This document shows, piece by piece, positions 19,051 to 26,887 of a stretch of DNA of 56,682 bases. Both the position numbers and the translations under genes were made by a program. The stretch comes from a virus. Its lineage: Duplodnaviria; Caudoviricetes. Positions within the stretch are counted from its first letter, which is position 1. Every line of letters begins with the position of its first letter. The notes under the pieces were generated by a model. It made no database searches. It was not told the DNA's origin and saw only the letters and a list, made by a program, of their open reading frames with translations. The stretch is taken from IMG/VR virus record IMGVR_UViG_3300022929_000030, positions 1 to 56,682 of that record; one strand, 5' to 3'.

Positions 19051-20666
19051 ATAAACCTTTGATTAAACTGAAATAGCCCATAAGGATCCACAACAGGAGA
19101 AAATTGCTGCGAATTAAGTTGCGGTAAATTTAAACTCGGAAACATGTTCTGCTGCCCCGGAATACCAAACACTGCCTGCTGCGTCGGAGCATTCGCATAC
19201 ATGTTCTGTAACGCCATCAAACCCTCAGAAGGCAAATATTCCGTAGCCGCCGGCGCTCCAACAATACCCGGCTGACCAACCCCCTCTAAATCAAAATTCG
19301 TCGCACCACCGCCCGGCTGACCAACACTCAATGATTGCCAATCACCAACCGTAGACGGAACAATGTAATCCGGACCCGTATCAGGCCCCAACAACTGTAT
19401 CGTATCAGGAACCGTATTATACGTGTTGTTGGTCGTATTCGTCGTGTTTACAACACTGTTGTCAACAGTGCTACTAGACGTCGTGTTATCGTTAAAAATA
19501 TTCTCAACAACATTCGCCGCACCCGTAACCGCGTCGTTCACCACACCCGCAACACCCGTCGGCTCAATTCCAGACCCATAAGGCGTAGCACCAACCGCAT
19601 TACTTATACCACCCAATGCACCGCCAAATTCATCACCACTCGTACCCGCACCACCACCGTCAATCATATCGACCGTGGCAGGAACATAATTACCCGCATC
19701 GTCATAATACCCGTAACCACTCACCCCCGCTAAAAAACCCGGCTCGTCCGCACTGCCAAAAGGCGTCAACCCTATCGCATTAGAAACACCCCCCAACGCA
19801 CCGCCAAACTCGTCGCCACTCGCACCCGGACCACCACCGTCAATCATATCTATAATGCTCGTGTACCCCGTACTCTCCGAATCCGACGTCCCCGTACCCA
19901 AATCATCCGGCCGAGCCATAGGAGTAATCGAAGTCTCCGGCGCCAACGAACTACTCGTCTCCCCCGGCTGCGCCGTAGTCCCCGCACCCGTAATCGTATC
20001 TATCCCTCCAGCAAGCGCATTAACCAAAGCACCCGTAATACCACCAGAATTAATAAAACCAGCAACCCCCGTCGGCTCTATCCCACTGCCCAAAGGCGTA
20101 GCACCCAATCCCGTCGATATATCCGAAACAGGGCCCTCAAACGTATCCCCGCTCATGCCCGGACCACCGCCGTCAAGCATGTCCGTTACACTCGTATATG
20201 ACCCCGACTCATAATTCGTCGTCCCCGCCGCGTCAGACGCCGCATCCGCAGCACCCGCCGCCGTGTTCTCATAATCCGCATGACTCCCAGAATAAAACTC
20301 CGAACCACTGCCCCCAGCACCACCACCGTCAAACATATCCACAAGAGACGTATAACCCGTGTTGCTGCTCGTTTCCGCAGGCGCCGGCGCCGGGCTGCTG
20401 TCATCGTTATCGTCGTTTGACGAACTGTGCGAAACCGCCCCCGTGCCGCCACTCGCTACATAATCATCGTGGCTGCCCGAATAAAACGTGTCGCCAGAAC
20501 CCCCCGCCCCGCCGCCGTCAAACATATCCGCAAGAGACGTATAACCGCCGCCACCACTGTCACTAGACCCCGAATCGCTATTAGATGACCCGCTAGTGCC
20601 GCCACCACTGCAAAACACCGGCTTTTTATAAAAACCCCAACCCAAAAGCGCGTTAAACGTGTTCAT
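19047..20666 (-). CDS. Gly/Ser/Asp-rich repeat protein (probable virion / ejection protein)
   Basis: 539 aa with five DM(F/L/I)DGGG(A/P)G-x-SG-x-x-F repeats; N-terminus ends in PVFC-SGGG. Confidence 0.75.
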   Translation of the reverse strand: MNTFNALLGWGFYKKPVFCSGGGTSGSSNSDSGSSDSGGGGYTSLADMFDGGGAGGSGDTFYSGSHDDYVASGGTGAVSHSSSNDDNDDSSPAPAPAETSSNTGYTSLVDMFDGGGAGGSGSEFYSGSHADYENTAAGAADAASDAAGTTNYESGSYTSVTDMLDGGGPGMSGDTFEGPVSDISTGLGATPLGSGIEPTGVAGFINSGGITGALVNALAGGIDTITGAGTTAQPGETSSSLAPETSITPMARPDDLGTGTSDSESTGYTSIIDMIDGGGPGASGDEFGGALGGVSNAIGLTPFGSADEPGFLAGVSGYGYYDDAGNYVPATVDMIDGGGAGTSGDEFGGALGGISNAVGATPYGSGIEPTGVAGVVNDAVTGAANVVENIFNDNTTSSSTVDNSVVNTTNTTNNTYNTVPDTIQLLGPDTGPDYIVPSTVGDWQSLSVGQPGGGATNFDLEGVGQPGIVGAPAATEYLPSEGLMALQNMYANAPTQQAVFGIPGQQNMFPSLNLPQLNSQQFSPVVDPYGLFQFNQRFI

Positions 20667-21133
20667 ATCCTTGCCCTCACCGTATAACCAAAAGGCGTAA
20701 GACCCAGCTTAGCCCAAAGTTTTGCCGTGCGTTCCGCAGATATCCCCGCATTAGCACCCCCAACAATCTCACGGGCACCCACCGTATGCGCCCAATTAAT
20801 AAATCGCTTCATTAAACGTGGCCCCATTATACCGCCACGAAAGGATTTATCCACATATATCAGTTTTTCTCGCGCTTGGCGAGTGTCGTTAAATACCATC
20901 GTCCCATACTCACCAAGTATTAAACCAACAATACGCCCATCAACTACCGCAACATCCGCTATCGTCTCCGGCTGGTTTACAACAAAACCATACATCGTCC
21001 GCATCATCTTCCGCTTGTCATAAACAAAAGCAGGATCATCCCCCCAAACCGTCTCCGAATGCATCCGATTAATTAAATCACCCAACTCCGATAAATCCTC
21101 TGTCCGCGCGCCGCGGTAAACCGTCCTACCCAT
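20663..21133 (-). CDS. GNAT-family acetyltransferase
   Basis: Probable start 21133 (MGRTVYRGARTEDL); motif A IYVDKSFRGGIMGPRLM, then KLWAKLG. Confidence 0.8.
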   Translation of the reverse strand: MGRTVYRGARTEDLSELGDLINRMHSETVWGDDPAFVYDKRKMMRTMYGFVVNQPETIADVAVVDGRIVGLILGEYGTMVFNDTRQAREKLIYVDKSFRGGIMGPRLMKRFINWAHTVGAREIVGGANAGISAERTAKLWAKLGLTPFGYTVRARI

Positions 21134-21524
21134 TGTTAGGATACCACCCGTTCCGCGGCCCACGGTGGGACCATACCCGTTTTTCATCCGGAAACATCTC
21201 CTTGCAAAACTTCCGAACATCCCGCGAAATACGCCTAACATCCGTCGAACCACCCGGCGCAATCATATCTATTATAACCAACCTCTCCCCACCACGACGC
21301 GCAAAAACCTCCCAACCAGACCATTGCCGCGTCTCAAACTCCTGAACCGTCATCCAACCCCACGTAATAAACCCACGTACACGGCCCAAATCATCATACC
21401 AAATCTTGTACTGATTATTCATAAATGCCGGAATTAACCGCCAATGTATCGTCTCCGCACTCTGCTGCGCATAAGGCGCCGTCGTCGTCCATAAACCTAA
21501 ACAATCCATAAACCCCTTATCCAT
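21126..21524 (-). CDS. RTX toxin-activating acyltransferase (HlyC-like)
   Basis: Start 21524 overlaps the terL stop. LIPAFMNNQY...GFITWGW...GGERLVIIDMIAPGG follows the HlyC/TAAT pattern (LPAI...WA...SGxRxWxIDxIAPFG). Confidence 0.7.
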   Translation of the reverse strand: MDKGFMDCLGLWTTTAPYAQQSAETIHWRLIPAFMNNQYKIWYDDLGRVRGFITWGWMTVQEFETRQWSGWEVFARRGGERLVIIDMIAPGGSTDVRRISRDVRKFCKEMFPDEKRVWSHRGPRNGWYPNNG

Positions 21525-22971
21525 AGTAACTGCGTGGTTCCAAATAGGCATCCTCTCCCTCCCAATCATCCGTTGGCAATTGTACAAAATTACCCTGCCG
21601 ATAACGCATCAATGCCTGCGTCGTGCTATCAACAAAGTCATCAAACTCCCCGTTAGGAAATGCAGCGCACTCCTCAATAACCTCATGCGCCCACTGATGA
21701 TCCGGAGCCCAAACCATCCCAGCCTCAAACAATGGCGCAATACTATGCGCCCGACTAATCTTGTCATTCCCACGACTAGGTGTGAAATTTACAACAGGTA
21801 TCCCCATGTTCCGTAACTCATGCGTCAAAGGCATACCCGTCGCCTTCGCCTCAATAATCACCGTCTCCGGATCCCAAAACTCAAACTGCTCATACGCAAC
21901 ACGCTTTAACTCCGGAAAATCCCAACGACCCTTTTGAGCATCCAATAACATCAATGCCGGAGGACCACCCTCGTCTATCTGAAAAACACCCCAAGTCGTT
22001 ATCGCACTGTAATCCGCAGTCTCCTTCTTACTAAACGCCGTGTCATAAGATTGAATAACATACTGCAATGCAGGAATACTCTCCTTCTCCCATATCTTCC
22101 ACCAATCCCGGCGCAAAATACTGTTCTCATCCCCCGTCGGATCCTGCTGATATTGCGCATTCCACTTGGCAGGAGGAATAGACGCCTTCACCCGCTCTAA
22201 ATCATCAAAAGACCAATACTCCGGCCAACAAGACTTGCCACTCGGCATAATCGCCGGCAACTCCACAACCTCCCATTGATCCGCCTTGTCATCCCGAGCC
22301 TGCGACCTAATCAATTGACCCGTCAAATCTTTCTCATGCCAACGCGTCATAACACAAACTATCGCACCACCCGGCTGTAAACGCTGCCTCGGACCACCCG
22401 TGTACCAATCCCAAGCATCATCAAAACCATTACTCGACATCAAAGTCTGCTCAGAATGTGGATCGTCAATAATAATTAAATCACCACCACGACCCGCTAA
22501 ATTCGACCCCACACCAACAGCATAATACATCCCACCACGCTCCGTGTCCCACCGACCAGATGCCTTGGAATCCGACGCCAACCGCGTGTCAAAAAGCTCC
22601 TGATAATCCTCCCGCTCCAAAAGGTTCTTAACCTTCCGACCAAAACCAACCGCAAGCTCCGTGGTGTGCGTAGCCTGAATAATCTTCATCGCAGGGTTCT
22701 TCCCAATCATCCAAGCAGGAAACAAAAAGGACGCAAACTCCGACTTCGTATGACGCGGCGGCATATTAACAATCAATCTCTTTAAACTACCGTCCGCGAT
22801 CCGCTGAAGCTTGTCCGCAATGATCTTATGGTGGTTTCCCGCAATAAACTCCGGCCACATTAATTTTACAAAAGTCAAGAAATCTTGATGCGCTTTCTCC
22901 GTGCGCTCTATCTGAGCGAGACGATACTGAAGCTTTAACAACCTATCGTTGTTATGGTCTGGATCAATCAT
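21517..22971 (-). CDS. terL: Terminase large subunit
   Basis: Walker A-like MPPRHTKS, Walker B IIIDDP, coupling motif MTRW, nuclease SYDTA...DDFVDS. Confidence 0.93.
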   Translation of the reverse strand: MIDPDHNNDRLLKLQYRLAQIERTEKAHQDFLTFVKLMWPEFIAGNHHKIIADKLQRIADGSLKRLIVNMPPRHTKSEFASFLFPAWMIGKNPAMKIIQATHTTELAVGFGRKVKNLLEREDYQELFDTRLASDSKASGRWDTERGGMYYAVGVGSNLAGRGGDLIIIDDPHSEQTLMSSNGFDDAWDWYTGGPRQRLQPGGAIVCVMTRWHEKDLTGQLIRSQARDDKADQWEVVELPAIMPSGKSCWPEYWSFDDLERVKASIPPAKWNAQYQQDPTGDENSILRRDWWKIWEKESIPALQYVIQSYDTAFSKKETADYSAITTWGVFQIDEGGPPALMLLDAQKGRWDFPELKRVAYEQFEFWDPETVIIEAKATGMPLTHELRNMGIPVVNFTPSRGNDKISRAHSIAPLFEAGMVWAPDHQWAHEVIEECAAFPNGEFDDFVDSTTQALMRYRQGNFVQLPTDDWEGEDAYLEPRSYYG

Positions 22972-23088
22972 GGTTTGGGGCCCCTGTGATCGTTAAATGC
23001 TATACAAATATATAAGATAATACGAGAGCCATTGCAAAAAATATTTTTAAAAATTTTGTAACCGAATTTTTTACAACAAAACTCAAAA

Positions 23089-23104
23089 TGTTTCACGTGA
23101 AACA
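23089..23104. promoter_or_regulatory. Consensus bacterial parS site
   Basis: TGTTTCACGTGAAACA, an exact match to the canonical chromosomal parS consensus, in non-coding DNA. Confidence 0.85.
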
Positions 23105-23199
23105 ATTTTCGCGGACCAAAGATAGGCCAGATTTAACAGTATCTTTTTTTCTACGGAATATTTGCGACGAACATAGATTTTACGCCCGCTAGTCAAGGC

Positions 23200-23460
23200 G
23201 CCGTGGGTCGCGAAATTTTGAGCAAAATCAACAATTTATGGCGCGCGGTCCTGCCTCAATTGGCCCCGGGGCCCCTATCAAAACCCGCGGATCGCGGCCG
23301 CCGGGGCACGGATCCCGGGCCCAGCTGCGCAGCTGGCGGGCCATTGCCGGCGGATCCCGGGCCACGGATCCCGGGGCGCTGGGCGCCCAGCTGGGGCAAT
23401 GCTGCGCAGTACGCGGGCCACGGATCGCGCGCCGGTAGGTTTAGGCCAGGCGCGGCCGCC
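23200..23460. repeat. GC-rich, palindrome-dense non-coding region
   Basis: CGGATCCCGGG occurs three times; perfect 16-bp palindrome CCAGCTGCGCAGCTGG at 23321-23336; 7-bp periodic CRYG units. Confidence 0.7.
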
Positions 23461-23507
23461 TGGGGCGGGCAGGTATTACGCCGGGTTTCGGGATCGCTGG
23501 AGCAGGC

Positions 23508-23544
23508 AAAAGAAAACCCGCCCGGCGGTATCGCTGGACGGGTT
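23508..23544 (-). terminator. Rho-independent terminator ending the early cassette region
   Basis: Minus strand AACCCGTCCAGCG-ATAC-CGCCGGGCGGGTT followed by TTCTTTT. Confidence 0.75.
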
Positions 23545-23568
23545 GCGTGGCGCAGCTGCGCGCGCGTT

Positions 23569-23769
23569 TTACTTCATCAAAGAATAATATTCATATTCCT
23601 GCAGGAAACGTTTGAACGGATCCCCGGGGCGGTATTCCTGCCACGCCGCCCAATCGTCCCGGAATTGTTGCGCGTCGTCCCCTTGCAGCCAAAAACTCCA
23701 GCCCGCCTCATATTCTTTAACGGCCAGCCCGTAACCTTCATCGTTTAATGTAAATCCACCAATAACCAT
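23569..23769 (-). CDS. Early hypothetical protein
   Basis: MVIGGFTLNDEGYG...SFWLQGDDAQQFRDDW; GGGG RBS; internal start of the track ORF. Confidence 0.65.
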   Translation of the reverse strand: MVIGGFTLNDEGYGLAVKEYEAGWSFWLQGDDAQQFRDDWAAWQEYRPGDPFKRFLQEYEYYSLMK

Positions 23770-23770
23770 T

Positions 23771-23980
23771 TTATTCCCCTTCAAATTCCATTTTACGCGA
23801 AAGCCGGCCGGGTTCATGCGTCGCATTGTATTGCTGGCAAAATTCCCGGGCGGCCGTTTCCGTTTCAAACTTCCAAGCGCGCCGCGAAAACTTGCGGCCG
23901 GGCCCGGGTTCCAATCCGCCGGGCCAATCTGGGTTTTTGGTATCAACCCACCAATCACGGACAAAACATTTAAACATCAT
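23771..23980 (-). CDS. Early hypothetical protein
   Basis: MMFKCFVRDWW...TETAAREFCQQYN...GRLSRKMEFE. Confidence 0.65.
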   Translation of the reverse strand: MMFKCFVRDWWVDTKNPDWPGGLEPGPGRKFSRRAWKFETETAAREFCQQYNATHEPGRLSRKMEFEGE

Positions 23981-24137
23981 ATCCCCCCGCTTCAAACAAT
24001 TCGCGCAGCTCGCCGGGCGTGCAACCGATCTCCGCGGCCGTTGTGCTGAACGGCTCACCTAATTGAATGCGCCGCTGCGCTTCCTGCAATTGGGCGGCCA
24101 TTAATTCAGCCGCCCGGTTAATATCAAAATTCTGCAT
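23970..24137 (-). CDS. Early hypothetical protein (possible HTH)
   Basis: MQNFDINRAA...FSTTAAEIGCTPGEL; GGGGG RBS. Confidence 0.55.
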   Translation of the reverse strand: MQNFDINRAAELMAAQLQEAQRRIQLGEPFSTTAAEIGCTPGELRELFEAGGYDV

Positions 24138-24148
24138 TGTTTCCCCCC

Positions 24149-24331
24149 TTACCAATCAAGCGCGAATTCGTCGCCGGAAACGGGATCGATCGCGAAACCG
24201 TCCGCGCCGCAATCGTCCGGGAACAATTCTTTCATTTGCGCGATAAATTCCCGGCGGTTCTTAGCGGTAATAAAATAGCCGACTAAGCCGTGATTGTTTT
24301 CAAAATAAGTTTCATATTTCATTTCATACAC
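24149..24331 (-). CDS. Early hypothetical protein
   Basis: Follows the GGAG of repeat copy 1; likely ATG at 24322. Confidence 0.6.
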   Translation of the reverse strand: MYEMKYETYFENNHGLVGYFITAKNRREFIAQMKELFPDDCGADGFAIDPVSGDEFALDW

Positions 24332-24395
24332 TCCAAATAAAAAGGGCGGGATTGCCCCCGCCCCCGTTTAAACAGTAATTTTGCGTAACGGTCAA
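24328..24395 (-). promoter_or_regulatory. Promoter/terminator/RBS repeat, copy 1
   Basis: TTGACC-N17-TTTAAA, GGGCGGG-GCAA-CCCGCCC hairpin, TTTTT, GGAG. Confidence 0.75.
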
Positions 24396-24805
24396 GCGGT
24401 GGCGGATAAATCCCCGGCGCCCGCTTTATCAATAAACGCGCGCAATGCGTCACTATATGTTTCGCAATAGGTGCCCCAATTCCAACATTTACCGGCGTGC
24501 TGGTTCCAATGGGCGACGCAATACGGCGTTAAATCATTGTCTGTTAAATGAACCAAAACCGCAAAATCGCCGTCATCAATAGCGCGCTGGGATCTATACG
24601 GCGCGAAAGCCACGACGGCGTGGCCGTTTAATTTTGCAGGCGGCCGCCCGGCGGTATCGCGCGCGGCGTCATCCGCGGCCATGTTCCAAGCCATGCCAGC
24701 GTATAGCGTGGCAAGCGCGCTTTCCCCGGGCCCGGTCAAGCTTTCAATTCGGCCGTGTAATTCATCCCAATCCGCCGGAGTATGGATAAAAGCAATTTTA
24801 ATCAT
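24392..24805 (-). CDS. Early hypothetical protein
   Basis: MIKIAFIHTPADWDEL...WNWGTYC; TTTGGAGTGT RBS identical to the end of the repeat. Confidence 0.65.
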   Translation of the reverse strand: MIKIAFIHTPADWDELHGRIESLTGPGESALATLYAGMAWNMAADDAARDTAGRPPAKLNGHAVVAFAPYRSQRAIDDGDFAVLVHLTDNDLTPYCVAHWNQHAGKCWNWGTYCETYSDALRAFIDKAGAGDLSATA

Positions 24806-25220
24806 TTTGAACACTCCAAATTTCATCGGCCGTTATATAGCTTGCGGGTTCCCCATAAATAACGGGTTTATGCGCGCAGGCATATCCCTTGCCGCTGGCC
24901 AGTTTTATGCGGCCGTATTGCTCAGTTACGCGGTCAAATGTAAATTCACAAATAGCGAAACGTTCAACGCCGTCGCGGTTTCCCCATCCCATGGGCGGTA
25001 AACATTCAAGCGCGTAATTCCAGTTTTCCAAACTACATTTTACCGGGCCCGTTAAAAAATTGGACCGGGCGGCGTCAAAAAAACCATCAATATCGGTAAT
25101 AATTTCATACGGGCGGCCGGTTTCGTCCCGGATCGCCGGTAAAGCCGCCCGGGCGGCGTCCTCGGTTTTGTATAAATTCCAGATCACATGCTCGCCGGGT
25201 ACTGCTATTGCTACTTCCAT
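24798..25220 (-). CDS. Early protein, DUF1419-like
   Basis: Start 25220 after repeat copy 2; NYALECLPP...FAICE resembles DUF1419 (recalled). Confidence 0.55.
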   Translation of the reverse strand: MEVAIAVPGEHVIWNLYKTEDAARAALPAIRDETGRPYEIITDIDGFFDAARSNFLTGPVKCSLENWNYALECLPPMGWGNRDGVERFAICEFTFDRVTEQYGRIKLASGKGYACAHKPVIYGEPASYITADEIWSVQND

Positions 25221-25225
25221 TTTTA

Positions 25226-25291
25226 ACACTCCAAATAAAAAGGGCGGGATTGCCCCGCCCCATTTAAACAGTAATTTGACGTTACATGCAA
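25226..25291 (-). promoter_or_regulatory. Promoter/terminator/RBS repeat, copy 2
   Basis: TTGCAT-N17-TTTAAA, same hairpin, TTTTT, GGAG. Confidence 0.75.
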
Positions 25292-25296
25292 GCGCG

Positions 25297-25806
25297 TTAA
25301 AAATTGCGCGCCTTGGCATGTTCCACAATAAAACAAAAATATTGATCCGACGTTCCATCCCGGCGCCCGGTATCAGCGTTATAATGGCCGGTAAAACTGC
25401 AATCAATATAACGATCAAACCAGCACCCGCAGCAATCGTGCGCGCAGCTGCAGGCGCCAACACCGCATAGATCCGCCCAAACATTTTGAACAAACCCGGC
25501 CAGCGTGCCACCGGCTTTGCGCAAGGAATTGTTATCCCATGCCGGCATATCAAAGGGATGGCGGCATAAAATATCGAATGTTGCGAAACTATAAACGCCG
25601 TCATCCATTCCAGAAAGCGGCCGGAATTCATCCGATCCGGAAACCATGATTTTTGGCTCCAGCCGGGTAATGGTAAACCCGCCCGGTTGGAAAGGGTATT
25701 TTGCAACGGCCGGCGGCCATTGCATTTTATCAAAAACACCGGCGGCATAATCTATAACGCCGGCGCATAATTCATTCGCTAAGTATTCTCTAAAATTATC
25801 CGCCAT
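25297..25806 (-). CDS. Early hypothetical protein, Cys-rich C-terminus
   Basis: 169 aa with CSCAHDCCGCW (probable metal binding); GGGGG RBS. Confidence 0.7.
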   Translation of the reverse strand: MADNFREYLANELCAGVIDYAAGVFDKMQWPPAVAKYPFQPGGFTITRLEPKIMVSGSDEFRPLSGMDDGVYSFATFDILCRHPFDMPAWDNNSLRKAGGTLAGFVQNVWADLCGVGACSCAHDCCGCWFDRYIDCSFTGHYNADTGRRDGTSDQYFCFIVEHAKARNF

Positions 25807-25817
25807 TTTATCCCCCC

Positions 25818-26054
25818 TTAAAACGCTTGGCTTCTAACTTCGCGACGATAATCATCCATTGTTTTCACAATGTCATGCATGTGTTTAATGCACGCGCTGG
25901 GCGTTTGCTCTACTGCGCTAATTTGATCCAGTATATCCCCATCATCCCAGCATTCGACAAGATAGTCCCATCCATCTTGTTCATAGTTTTTCATTGCATG
26001 ACTGCGAACGGCTTGGATCAATTGAGTTTCATCATATTTTGTCATTCCATACAC
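25818..26054 (-). CDS. Early hypothetical protein
   Basis: HAMKNYEQDGWDYLVECWDD; likely ATG at 26045 after repeat copy 3. Confidence 0.7.
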   Translation of the reverse strand: MYGMTKYDETQLIQAVRSHAMKNYEQDGWDYLVECWDDGDILDQISAVEQTPSACIKHMHDIVKTMDDYRREVRSQAF

Positions 26055-26118
26055 TCCAAATAAAAAAGGGCGGGATTGCCCCGCCCATGTTTAAACCGTA
26101 AATCAGCGTAACATTCAA
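26051..26118 (-). promoter_or_regulatory. Promoter/terminator/RBS repeat, copy 3
   Basis: TTGAAT-N17-TTTAAA, same hairpin, TTTTTT, GGAG. Confidence 0.75.
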
Positions 26119-26744
26119 GCCAATTCTTTTTCCGGGATCCCATGTTGAACGTCGCGCCCCACAATCAAATTTACCGCGACGCGATTTAAACCCCCGTCCT
26201 CTTTCGGCCGCATTGGCATTAAAACACCAAAACAATCGTCCCGATCAAAGCTGATAATTGCCGGGCCATTGCCATTATGTTGAATAAAGCACGGCGCATT
26301 ACTGCCCCGGGATCCGGAAACCAGCTTGGCAATTTTGCCAAATTCCCCAACATAAACCGGATTAAACTGCGCAACATCGCCGGATATCTTTTCCGGGACT
26401 ACGCGTTTAAAATCGGGATAGGTGCAATCAATGGGTTCCAACACTACGCTATTAAGCGTGGATTGCAGGCGCCCATATGAAAGCGTAACAAATTCCTGTT
26501 TAGCAGGAACCCCGGTCAAAGCTTTTTTTAAGCCGTCAAATGGCAATACGCATTCCCAATTATCTCCGATGGGATGCGCCAAATTTTGACAAGCAACAAA
26601 CATCCGGTGCCCATCGGTGGCAACCATGCGAAAGCTAAGCCCGCGCAATTCAAAATAAACGCCTTTCAAATAATAGCGCGTTTCCTCTTTTGAAGTGGCC
26701 AGCATAGCAGCTTTTAACAGAGCGGTTTCAATCTGAATTTCCAT
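26115..26744 (-). CDS. DNA polymerase III beta-clamp-like protein (partial DnaN fold)
   Basis: ATSKEETRYYLKGVYF...MVATDGHRM...TYPDFKRVVP...GVLMPMR are DnaN middle and C-terminal domain motifs; only 209 aa. Confidence 0.8.
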   Translation of the reverse strand: MEIQIETALLKAAMLATSKEETRYYLKGVYFELRGLSFRMVATDGHRMFVACQNLAHPIGDNWECVLPFDGLKKALTGVPAKQEFVTLSYGRLQSTLNSVVLEPIDCTYPDFKRVVPEKISGDVAQFNPVYVGEFGKIAKLVSGSRGSNAPCFIQHNGNGPAIISFDRDDCFGVLMPMRPKEDGGLNRVAVNLIVGRDVQHGIPEKELA

Positions 26745-26779
26745 GTTCTTTTTCTCCTATGAACAATTGAACGTAAATT

Positions 26780-26809
26780 CCCGTAACATGGCCGCCCCGG
26801 GACTGTCAA
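26780..26809 (-). promoter_or_regulatory. Putative sigma70 promoter of the early region
   Basis: Perfect TTGACA at 26809-26804; the -10 element is non-consensus (TG-TTACGG). Confidence 0.45.
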
Positions 26810-26887
26810 TTCTTATCGCGCGGTTCCCGGTATTTTTTTAATTCAGCTTCAACATCCATTGGCTTATTAAGCCAATCCATAATCCAA

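Noticed and set aside
23203-23748. 181-aa plus-strand ORF over the GC-rich palindromic island
   Set aside because: It is Pro/Gly/Arg-rich, as expected for stop-poor GC-rich DNA, and overlaps a terminator and a minus-strand gene.
24328-26118. Three near-identical repeats as a CRISPR array
   Set aside because: They are 0.8-0.9 kb apart with whole genes between them, and there are no cas genes; they read as regulatory elements.
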